A stretch of 64,000 bases of DNA. Source: Bugula neritina (taxonomy: Eukaryota; Animalia; Bryozoa). Below, piece by piece: positions 52,871-64,000 of the stretch (within the stretch, counting starts at the first letter, position 1; every line of letters starts with the position of its first letter). The stretch lies in NCBI GenBank assembly GCA_964035545.1, contig OZ037772.1, positions 1,922,001 through 1,986,000 on the forward strand, given 5' to 3'. The position numbers and the translations under genes are program-made. The notes below the pieces were generated by a model. It was given only the letters and a program-made list of their open reading frames with translations. It was not told where the DNA came from and searched no databases.

Positions 52871-54559
52871 CCTGCCATCCAATACTGCCAAAAACTTTAG
52901 ACTAGAGAACAAGCGTTTCATGCTTAAAGTTGGAGAATGATGCTGTAAGGTGCTGATGTGTAACAAATAACTGAAGGTCACGAATACTTTTCCTTGGGGA
53001 GTTAGTGGCCACAGCCTGAGTTTAGGAAAATGTTCACTCACTTGAACACGTGTCCATGAGCATAGCTCACAATAAGGAGAATCACCGTTTCAGTGCGCCC
53101 TAGAAAAAAGATAGTGTCAATATATGAAATTGTGAGAAGCAAATTATAACAATAGCTAAATAAGGCAAAAATGTTAAGAAATTATATTATGTATACTCTA
53201 GAAGTTATCATGTAACAGATAAATGCATAATTGACAACTGATTGAATAAACATAGATGACCAATAATTTCACTTCACTTAAATATAATATAAAATACTAG
53301 CGATTATTTGAAACACAAATGACCCAAATATTTTTTAGAATTTGATTGGACAATTTGAATAATTTACCATTGATTATAGAGATGACCTTGAGGGTGTAAG
53401 CTACAAATTTTTCAACCATCGTATTGTTACACAATTGGCAAGTTGATGGGAGTAGAGACAGCCTTTCACCTAAAACATAGATTACAAGCTAAAACAGTGT
53501 TTTAGCTTAAAACAACAAATTATAAATTGTTGGGTATAAAAAATGCAAAATAATAGTAACAACACCTAAAATTGGTGATGGCTGGTTAATTAAAATAAAA
53601 GTTACTAAAAATTACCTACTAATCAAGAGTTTCCTAGTTTCCATGCCAGTAATTGTATTCCTATGAAGAATTGATCGGATTTTGTCCCATTTAACTGAGG
53701 TAGCCTCTATATACGTTGGTGCTCTTTGAGGCTGCCGGGCATACTGCTCAAGGAGTTCTAACAATTGTTGAACATCTGAAAACATAAACAACCTTAAATT
53801 GTAGTAAAAAAATTAGCATATATATATGCTTATACATACATAGACAAGGGTAAGGTGTCTGACAGTATTTTGAAAGTGATGTAAAGAAGTTGTATGTACA
53901 ATTCATTACATTCCATGAGCCATAAATACATGAATATTATCAGGTGCTTATTGGCTGTAAAAAGCCTAATTTGGACTTAATACTATTTATTCGTGTTTTT
54001 ACAAGTTGATTAGGTGGCTAAAACACAAAATTAGGTAGGAAACTTTACGTTCACGCAATAATTTTTCATTTTCGCCATTTACAGTACTACAACATATAGG
54101 ATCATTGTGTGATGGTTTAGGGTGTTGTTTATCAAAATCTAAAATGAACATATCAAAATTGTGCAGCAAAAATTGTGCCAGTACAAAGACAACATTTATG
54201 TATTTACCAGAACTTTGCTTTAGAATAGATGTAAAAATAACCTGTCAATTGCTCTGAGGCAGCTTTTTTCAACTCATCACTGTATTCTTTCAGCTTGGTC
54301 AAACAGATTTGTGACAATTCTAAAAGATTGAACAAATTCAATATGTGTATGAAGAAAACTGATTAAAAACCAAGCTACAAAACTCATCATAGTTAGTATA
54401 ACATGCACTTACTTTCTTGACGTCTTTTCAATCATCGTTTTTCAAGTTGCAAATTGTTTCAGTACCATTTTTGATTTTATCTTCCTCGATACCTTTTTCT
54501 GCCAAAGCCTCAAGTCGGGATAAACAGACTGAATAGCTTTATTCACCGTTATCCATGGT
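52871..54559 (-). pseudogene. Uncharacterised multi-exon gene, apparently disabled in its first coding exon
   Basis: Phase-compatible GT-AG exons 54319-54242, 53775-53620, 53469-53387, 52942-52871 (LSQICLTKLKEYSDELKKAASEQLTDVQQLLELLEQYARQP...FLAVLDGR); upstream exon 54559-54413 starts MDNGE* and has two stops. Confidence 0.55.
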
Positions 54560-55574
54560 CTATAAATCATTATAAACAAATATTTTCAACTTGTTAATGG
54601 TTATGCATATATTTTTATTTTTATATTTTGAGAATGACCATTATGAACATCTTATTTTTAACTATGACTAGGACACTCATAGTAATAGTGAACCCTAATT
54701 ATCTATACATCAATATTGTTCACTACATTCTTAACAGTTAAATACATATAATAATATTCAGAAACATAATATACCCCGTGTTAATTAGCTATATGCAATT
54801 TCACCAGCTCCAGGCTAGGATTCCAATTCATTGCAAAACTTCTTTTTATTACTATTGCGTCGATTATAAGTGAGTAAATACTTATAGTTATACTCATAGT
54901 GTTTTCATCAAGACTGAACCTAAATTGTAGTTAGTTAGTCACTCACACTGGGTAACTTTTAAATTTATTGCATTATGATTATAATTATTCATTTATTTAT
55001 TGGAACAGAAAACAACTAAGTTCCAAATTGAAAGAGAAAGAATCAGTACTGTGAGTGATTATAACTAAATATAAGTTAACGGACTGAGACTGAGACTACC
55101 ATTAGATTTTTCTTAGTAAACAAACGCATAATCAATTAATAATGAAATATAACTTGATACCAACTCATAGTGATAGTCATATAAATTATCTATTACAGCA
55201 TTAGATTAGACTTACTCTTACTACCTACTGGTAATACTAATTGAGTAATCAGTAATAGTAATAACTAACTATTAGTATTAAGGTATTAGACATCAGAACT
55301 ACTAGTAGGCCTACTACTACTAGTACTACTAGTACTAGTACTAGTAACTAGAGTACTACTACTACTACTACTAGTACTACTACTGTACTAGTAGTAATAA
55401 TAATTTATATCAAAAATGAGCACATTGTTTTACTAATGATATTATCAACCTAATAGCAATAGTACCAACCTGATTCGTAATGGGTTTTCTTGAAGAATGG
55501 AACTAGATTGTAATTACTAACATGTGTATACATACTAAATTAGTCTCTAATAATATATTATTATGAAACTTATG

Positions 55575-55810
55575 ATTATCGCCCCATTTGCGGAGCAGTC
55601 AGGCCGAATTTATTATGAACACAAGAGGCGAGTAAGCTTGCGCAGATAAATTACTGGCCACTATGGTAGACTAGACCTGTTTTGACCGAATATCGGTTTT
55701 ACTTGAACCTCGCCCCAAGGTCCAATGCCTAATCGGAGCCCGCTGCTCCTTTGGTCAAATGACTCAAAGATCCAATTTCAATTTGGAATACCGTAGGCGT
55801 ACTCAAACTT
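55575..55810. promoter_or_regulatory. GC/CpG-rich core flanked on both sides by low-complexity tracts; candidate bidirectional promoter
   Basis: Dense CpG cluster about 1 kb upstream of the minus-strand gene; ACT/AGT/TAG tracts at about 54880-55560 and 55830-57300. Confidence 0.4.
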
Positions 55811-58479
55811 CTAGGCTAGGGCATATGTGTAGTTATTATTGAAAAATAGATTAATAATTAGTAATACTACTACTAATAGTAATACTAATACGAATGCACT
55901 AATAGTAATGGTAATAGTTATAATGTCACGATTAGACATTACATTTGCTCTTACTCTTACTCTTAGTTATAATAATAATCATATTGATATTATTATTTAT
56001 AAATATGAATATCACTCTCACTCTGACTCTCCGTCTAAGTCTATCAGTATCACTATCAGTATCACTGCCAGTATAGCTATAACTATAAGTATCACTCAAT
56101 CAGTTTCATTATGACTATGATAAAATCATAAAATGATAAATAATTCACTGATACTGATAGTCAAAGTCATAGTGATAACAGTTACTGATTAGACTTAGAG
56201 TGATATTAAATTAGTAATCAGCATAGATGTGAGTATAACTATCACTGTAGTACTCTTAATCATAATAATAATGATTATGATAATCATAATGGTAGTGATA
56301 TGACTAATATGAGTATCACTATCAGTATGGGACCAACTAATACTAATAGTAATACTAATAGTAATACTGTAAAGTGTAATACTAATAGTAATAGTGATAG
56401 TATCAAATTGAAATTAATCAATAGTAAATATAGTTATACTTAAACTTAAAGACTTATACTTATAGTAGACGTAGTAATACTAATAGTTATACTTATAGTA
56501 TTAGAACCTTATACTATGTCTATAGTCTATGACGGTATGACATACCCATAAATGGTCATGGTGATGTCTAAGTCCTACTTCAAAGTAGCAGTTAAACTTA
56601 AAGTTTGATATTCTACTCTGTATCATACACCTTACATGTGATGCTGAGTATCATTATGATTATCACTTTAGGCTTATGAGACTATCACTTTCAGTAAGAT
56701 ACTCATACTGTGACTATGAGTTATACTTATAGTCATACCCCGATACCCATACTTCTACTTCTAGTGATCTACTCCTACTCCTAGTTCTACAGGCAAGGCT
56801 ACTCACTCATATTCATAGTCATAGTAACTGATAGTGGTGTAACCTAAACTAATACAATAACCAATGCCAAAAGACAAGGTAAAGCTAAAATTAAAAGTAG
56901 AAACCTAAGGGTCATAAATCATATATGTAATGGTGTTTTAGTTTATGTTTGCTTATGCTCATTTTATGTTTATGCTACCTAGTACCAACTCATCAGTAAC
57001 TTAGTTTTATAATGATAATTATACTTATACTTATAGCCTACGCCCTATAGCTTATTTAATTTTGACTCTACCTTGCCCTTTGGCATTGATTTAGTTTTGA
57101 TTAAATTGTTATATTTAATGTTTTTCATGAACTTTATGAAGTTTTATTGATAAGTTATCATATAGTAATACTAATAGTAATAGTGATAATTGTATCATAA
57201 TGATGATATTGATATATAAAATATTATGACCATCAATGTATCACTGTGAATGTAATAATTTTTATATAAGTAAATTAATTTACTATTAAATAAAACTTGT
57301 GCAAGTTTATAGTTGACATCCCTGTGAGAAACCCCTGATGGGAAAGGTTTTTTTGTTAAATGGGGCTAAGGAATTATTTATTTGAAGCATAGGAGCAATT
57401 ATGACTGGATGCTTTTCCTAACAAATGACAGTAATGAAAAATTGAATATGATTGTTATCTAATCATTATGTGGGGTTAACTTTTATGTTAGGAATCTCAA
57501 TAGCACGAGCATACAATTCAATCATTCCCATGTTGGCTGTGATTTTCTTAATCATACTTATTAAGTTTGCAGTTTTTGATATTTGATGGATATAGTATTC
57601 ATAATAATAGTCACTTAAATTTGATGGTAATATTGATCAATAAATTTCAAGTACACTGACTAAATCTAATGATTAGTGGTAATGAAACTAACGACACTCA
57701 AACTGATTTGCCTCAAGACTGAACTATGTTTTCTAAGTGATGACAGACTAAGATTAAGTTTAATAATAGGGCAGTAGTACATTTGACTAGAAGTATAAGC
57801 TAAAGTATACAACCATAAGTGAGTAACCATGATGTTATCTCGACCAACGCAATCTCAATACTAATACCTGATTTATTGATAATTTTACCATATATTTGAG
57901 TATGAGTATGTAACTGTATCAATATATGATGAAACTTATACAGTTATGCACATAGTGATAGTGAAAGTATCTAAAACTGTTGCAAAATCCAACTTTATTC
58001 AAAACTTTGCTACAAATACTTCAGTTTTAATTTTAAGGTTGATCATAAAAAGTTAAAATTATTGTGAATAAATTTATTTTAACTGTTCATTTTGCTTCAA
58101 AATTATCTTTTAATTCAATGAAGTTTTAATGAATATTAATTTATTTATATTTCAACAAGTCACTGTTTTAATTAATATAGGTATAAATTTAGGTATCTAA
58201 TAACTTTAACCATCATTACATTCATCATTTTTAGTTTTTATGCCAATTGCTAAATTATAATACCCATACTGATATCACCACTATTGAATTATTTTTCTCA
58301 TTCACCTATGTTTGTAATACGGTTATTGCTTGTTAGTTAGTAGCATATATAACAACTATAGTAATAGCTATAACTACAAGCATATTTAATATGCTAAGGT
58401 ATATTGAGAGATTGTCATATCTCAGTGATCATATGCATGATACCCTTAGCATTCATGTCTTGAACATCTAGCCATGGAT

Positions 58480-58961
58480 CCCTTTATATTGTTTTCAGTG
58501 TTGAATGCCCATCCTGCATGAATGCTCTGCCTCCATTTGAGAGGTGGTAAATTGATTGGATTTTATGTAAAATTCCTTAAGCTCTTGTTTCAGGACATCC
58601 TCAAACCTTAGATATAAGTTCTTCTAGCTGGATGAGTTCCTTTTGATATTAATGCATGCAATCGAGTGCGGCGGATGAGATACTTTGGCATGTTGACCAG
58701 CCCAGTGAAGACAGAAGAAATTCAGTTTTGAAGAAAGAGAATCCGGGTCTGTGATTTCAAATACATCTTCATTTATCATTTTATCTTCCCAGATTTTACT
58801 CAACATGCATCTTAAACTCCAGGTATGAAAAGTGCTGAGCTTTGATTCTTGCAGTCCACATGTTGCCCATGTTTTTGATCCACAAGGAAGAATGCTGAGA
58901 ACACCAACTGCGTAGACTTTTCTTTTGGCGTGAATATTAGGGTGTTTGTTTGTCCATATTT
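58480..58961 (-). mobile_element. Degenerate RTE-clade LINE fragment (RT C-terminal region)
   Basis: Minus frame IWTNKHPNIHAKRKVYAVGVLSILPCGSKTWATCGLQESKLSTFHTWSLRCMLSKIWEDKMINEDVFE...LHWAGQH, matching the RTE pattern LLYGSETW...FH.RCLR.IL.I.W.DK..N..V...LRWAGH. Confidence 0.8.
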
Positions 58962-60820
58962 GCTAGTTCACAAAGCGGAATTATTTTGGTATTTGTCATA
59001 TCCTGCAGAGCCCATTTAAATGTTTGAGCAGAAAAAGTAAAAATAAATATTTTGCAGTGTGTTTACTGTTTTGATGATGGTTTTAGGAAAACATCTAAAT
59101 TTACCATTCATGTACTTGTGACAGGCCTGTGTTTCAGCGATTATAGGAGAGTATAATTTTTCTTTAATAGAAATTGAGTCATGCAAGGGAAGCTGGTTTC
59201 CTTACTTTATTAAGCAAAATTTGCTATCACAACAACAGAAGTGTTGCTAGCCTTGATTTGGAAACATTTTATATTTATAACTCTGAAGCCTATTTTGAGA
59301 CATTTGGCATAGCATAGCATAGCATAGCATCTTTACTTGCGCTAATACTTAGAAGCATTTACTTGGTTTTCCTATATAGTTTTATTTTGAATGTTTTTAT
59401 GATATATTGCAGAACTGTGGGTTCATTCTACTTGTAAGTATATTCCATAGGTCTAACTCAAACCCTGTGAATTTTCAAGTTAATATGGCAAGCTATGATG
59501 AAAGAAATGCTAAACTAGACAGGTAATAGAAAAGAAAGTCCGATAATTTTTTTAATTGTAATTTAAATTACTTAGCTTGCATTACTCATCAGTATGGTAG
59601 CAGTGGTAGAACCAGCAGCAGCAGGAGTAGATTATAGTATAGTAGTATTGATAAAATGATTGATAGATTAGAACTGTAATTTTGAATATTAAAAATATGA
59701 CAATGCCACTGTGCGCCATAAATTTCTTGTTGGCCATTAAAATCAGCCATTAAATCAGTTTTCTTTTGGCTAGAACAAGCACTGCTGCCTGGACATAGTA
59801 ATATATTATATGTATGGACTGTATGTTAATTATATGTATAGAGGAATTATTTTTGCTAGCTTTAATAAAAAACCCTGCTCGTTTCTCATATTATTGTATT
59901 GTCAGTTTCAGCAATTTCAGGCCAGATAAATTTAAATAATACCTTGCAAATTTTAGGCCTGTTCCAGTCTACCTGTCAACACATTTGTTTGATCTAATCT
60001 AATTATGATGGCCTTCCAAGCAATGTAGTTAGCAAAAGTGAGAGAACTAATATTGCTTTTTCAGCCTATATTATGTTTGAAACCAGTAAAATAATAGAAA
60101 TCATGAAACTAGTAATAGGCAATCCTATAATGCTGTTTAATAAACTTATTTGGGCTGTTACTTTAGTGATTTCGACGCTGTTTTATAAATTATTAGCAAT
60201 CTTTTAAAGATGAATAAATATACATTTTCTTTTAGTATGTCACCAATTGGAATATTTTGACCTGTATACCTATCTAGTGGAGGTGTTAATTTGTAAACAT
60301 ATTGGTTTTACCAAGATCAGTGATTAGAGCAGTTGCTGAAAGCCAAAATAAAATGCTAACTAAAGTTCATATCTAGTGGGCTACAATTTGCCAACTTCTA
60401 TAAAGCATATAATAGCTAGTAATTGTTTCTATGCTGTACCACTTGACGGTCTGTTCTCTTTTACCTTACTCTATATTATGCTGTATAAATTCTAGCACAC
60501 CTATCTGGTTTTTAATCATTTCTTGCACCATATGCCAATAATTTTTACGTAGATGCATACAATCGGACAGCTGGATAGCCTGGCTATTGTGGAGAAGCAT
60601 CATAACCACCTGCTTGGTGTTGGAGCTGAGTGCATATCAAGGTGGGTAGCACAACTTCTTAGTTCATAAGTAGCAGCCTAGTTTTTTTAAAAGGTTTGAC
60701 TATATTAAAATATAAACATTTTGTTATTGCACTAATACAATGATAAAAAAATGAGCAAACAGTTTCCAATATAACTTGCTGCTGGTAAGATTTACAGTAT
60801 ATTTGTAGTAGAAACAATAT

Positions 60821-61064
60821 TAGTAGTGATGGCGGCGGCGGCGGTGGTAGTGGTAAAAGTAGTAGTAGCAGTAGTAGTATTAGCAGCAGTAGTAGTAGTA
60901 GCAGCAGCAGTAGCAGTAGTAGAAGTAGTAGCAGCAGCAGCAGTAGTAGAAGTAGTAGTAGCAGTAGCACTAGTAGTAGTAGTAGTAGTAGTAGTAGTAG
61001 CAGTAGTATAGTAGTATAGTAGTAGAAGTAATAATAATAAAATAATAGAATTATTAGTAGTAGT
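60821..61064. repeat. Compound (TAG/CAG/CGG/TAA)n trinucleotide repeat
   Basis: Read directly; explains poly-L/T/V ORFs. Confidence 0.95.
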
Positions 61065-64000
61065 GGTGAAGTTGTTTTTGGTTCTGACGTTAGTACTGTT
61101 AGCGGTAGAGATGGTGTTGGTAGAAATAGGATTAGTGGTTGTGCACTCATAGTTGAAGGTATAAAGCATAAACCAGAATTGAATACATATATAACATAGA
61201 TATGATATGACTTCTTATTTATATTGATTTACTATCTTGCATGAACATGGCATTTTCGCTATCAACATTAGTGTTTGTATTATACACTTTCACTAAACAA
61301 GCTTGTTAAATTTATAAAAAATTATGTAGGTGATGACTGTTGCATATCTGTGTTTAATTTTAAAAATATCATGTTGCATAATTATTTTTTAGGTGTCTGG
61401 TGAGCGGACGACTTCATTTTCGGCTGCTTCATGGCACCTTTATTTTCGGAAAAGATGTAACCACTTGTAAAATCAGTTTTTTTATGGTGAACTTAACAAT
61501 ATAATGTTTAACAAAATTCTTTCTTGGTTAAAAATAAAGGTATACCGTCTTTGGCTTTCTGTTATTTCTATATTGTGTTCTTCTGTTGCTATGTGTAATT
61601 GATGAGATGACTCCAAACTCTTGCACATCCGCCACAATAAAGTAGATAATTTTGCTATGGGCATCAAGATTTTGTTATAAGTAGATATAGTTTTGCAATG
61701 ATAGTGTTGATGCTGCAGCAGGTAACATTCTAGTAGGATAAACCAAACAGAATTTAAGCTAAAACATTCTAAAAAAATACAGCATCGCTTGAGCCACCTT
61801 GCCTTCTCTCTTTTCTAGGCAAAAGTTGTTAGCTAAATAAGGAAAAGACAAATTAATGATTTCTGTGAGAGTTGTCTACTACAAAAATTACTATAAGAAG
61901 ATACATACCTTTTGCTGTCTCCAACTTGCTGCTCAACTTTTTATTTTTGCTTCTGGTAGAAACAGGAATTTTTTCTAACAACTTAGTTATATAATGTTTA
62001 AAAGTACTATGGTTTCCCAGCAAGTTTTACCTAGTTGAAATGTAACTTTCCAGTGTCAGAATAGCAGGTTTGACAAAATTTCTTATTTATATACTGCTAT
62101 AGTAACAAAGAAAATTATCTGTTCCTGCAATTACTTCTACTAAGGTCTAGAGGGAGACTGCATCCCTATTATGCAAAAGATAATAGGCCCTTTGTAGTTC
62201 TGGGCCAAGTTTCTTTTCATCTTCATAATAATCAGGAAGCTTAAGTAAGCTTAAAAGTTTTTAATTTACTAAAAATGGCTGCCAAGAGTTGTAATTTAGT
62301 TTGAACCTTATAAAAAAATCCTGGAATTAGCCAACTTCAAAAGCACTGTCATAATTATAAATTCTTTTGAAGAAGTTTACCCTCAAATACTGTACAATAA
62401 AGAAAAATCTTCAAGATAGCTGTTCTATTTTTCTTAGTTTTGTGTTATCTCAGTACATGCAAAGTTTATAGTCTCTATGAGAGACCTTTTTCAACTGGCT
62501 GAGCATAATAGCTGAAAATTTTGTCTGCTGTCACTACAACGTGAACTTTTATAATAGGAGATGTTAAAAAATGCTTGCAGCTTACTTTTGCGACTATAAA
62601 TATTAGACCCTGTAGCATATAAGATACACCAAGTTTCGTTCACAATAAACCTAATGGGAATCAAGAGATATTAAATTCAAAGTTATTAACACATATTATT
62701 GAAAACTATTTATACATGTCTTACTCTTTTTTTGTGTTGGTAGTCAAATTATATGACTAGCAAGAAATTTAGATTTTGATATTCACCCATTGCGTGAACA
62801 ATATTTTTTCTAACTAAATTATTTTTCTTGAAAAATTTTCAAAACAGGGAAACCAATTCAGCAACTCGTTTTAAAGTTTGAAAAAGGCATGTAGCACCAG
62901 TGCTACACTGGTCGTCTGTCTCTAAGAGTAACAATTCAGTTTAATTCCAATTGGCAACTCCCCTCCATATAAACTCTAAACAATATAATATTCTTTAACA
63001 CTTGTAACCTATTGATAGTCCAGGGTGCTTTGCTTGCCATACTCTGGCTTACAGACAGAGGATTAAAATTGCTTTTTATTACTGGGTACCTGTTATATTT
63101 TGCTCTTACAAGATAAATAAGTTTTAAAATATGCTAAAAGTATAAAAAGTATAAAAACATTTTTAATGGTAGCACCATACATTGTTGTCCAGTTTGTATC
63201 TCTATCCTAATATTTTGCATTATTATTATTGCTATCAATTTGTGAAAAGAGGTACTGAAAGAGCTTTTTATGAAACTTTGAAACATTTACCATATACACA
63301 ACTTACTGGATTGCTCTGTGTCACGGTAGGCTAGCGGCAAAGCTAGCCAAAATTGCTTATTCTGAAGTCTAGCTTTTGTGAAAATTGGCAAGCTTTAGTT
63401 AATAACCTTTAATTATATAGCCAAGTTGTTTAATTAAAATTTAAAGTAGCATTGCCTTACACACAATAGTTTCGGAAAACAATTAAAAGAAAAGTTCAAT
63501 AATATATTACTAAAATACCAGGAAAGTCTTGCTGATGTTTATAAAGCATGCATTAAACATACTGTATTTCAATGGAAGATGTCTTACCTATTGTAGAAGA
63601 AAAGTTGTCTCCTTGCCTTAGTTTACAAGGCTATAGCATAATGATAGTAGTAGACTGATACTCAAACAAAAAAGTTAGGAAAGAATTTGGTGCTTGTCAT
63701 AAATATTATGTTAATTTGTTTCGCTAGCATTAGGACAAAAAGAGAGATAAACCAGTTGCTCATATTGTGAGATTGTGCATAAACTGCTATACTAGCTTAC
63801 AAATTGTTGTGTGCCAATATTTAAATTATCAATATATTTATGCTAGGTAAGGCCAGTAAGGAAATTTAGTTTACCAGTGCATGGTAACTTATATATTTTG
63901 ACTGCTAGAAGTTTAACTGCATTAACAAATAGGCCTCCTTATGCTGTGCAAGATTAAATAAAAAGTGCATAAAATCAGTAACAAAGACAAGTTCTGAAAC

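Noticed and set aside
55585-55605. cggagcagtc resembling SRP RNA helix 8
   Set aside because: No preceding CAGG/GNRA partner strand and no Alu domain
59413-62240. Scattered AG/GT-bounded candidate exons on both strands (e.g. 60553-60642 +, 61393-61457 +)
   Set aside because: Short, ambiguous frames, no recognisable domain
63328-63374. Hairpin ggctagc-ggcaaa-gctagcc followed by CTAG as a Helitron 3' end
   Set aside because: CTAG is about 20 nt away and followed by C rather than T; no 5' end or other copy seen

Overview
AT-rich, intron-containing animal (invertebrate-like) genomic DNA; no prokaryotic features, rRNA or CRISPR. I can build only one intact gene: a 7-exon TRIM-type E3 ligase (RING, two B-boxes, coiled coil, beta-propeller-like C-terminus; 17000-23996, +). 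Around it are many orphan or decayed gene pieces: a fibrillar collagen pseudogene preceded by Cys-rich exons, a second copy of its COLFI exons joined to the last three CLASP exons, an intronless SPOP-like relic, a ZEB/zfh1 zinc-finger exon with a nonsense codon, and an unknown minus-strand gene. The most striking structure is a young Penelope-like retroelement complex (28.6-36.9 kb). It has an RT + GIY-YIG ORF, four copies of a minimal hammerhead ribozyme, inverted segments, and every 3' tail joined to a (TA)n microsatellite; a TA-flanked TIR element is nested inside it. Also present are a hAT-type non-autonomous family, a Harbinger-like MITE, RTE and second PLE fragments, tRNA-derived SINE heads, many minisatellites and a 254-bp palindrome. 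All calls come from reading the sequence by eye; family assignments need database confirmation.
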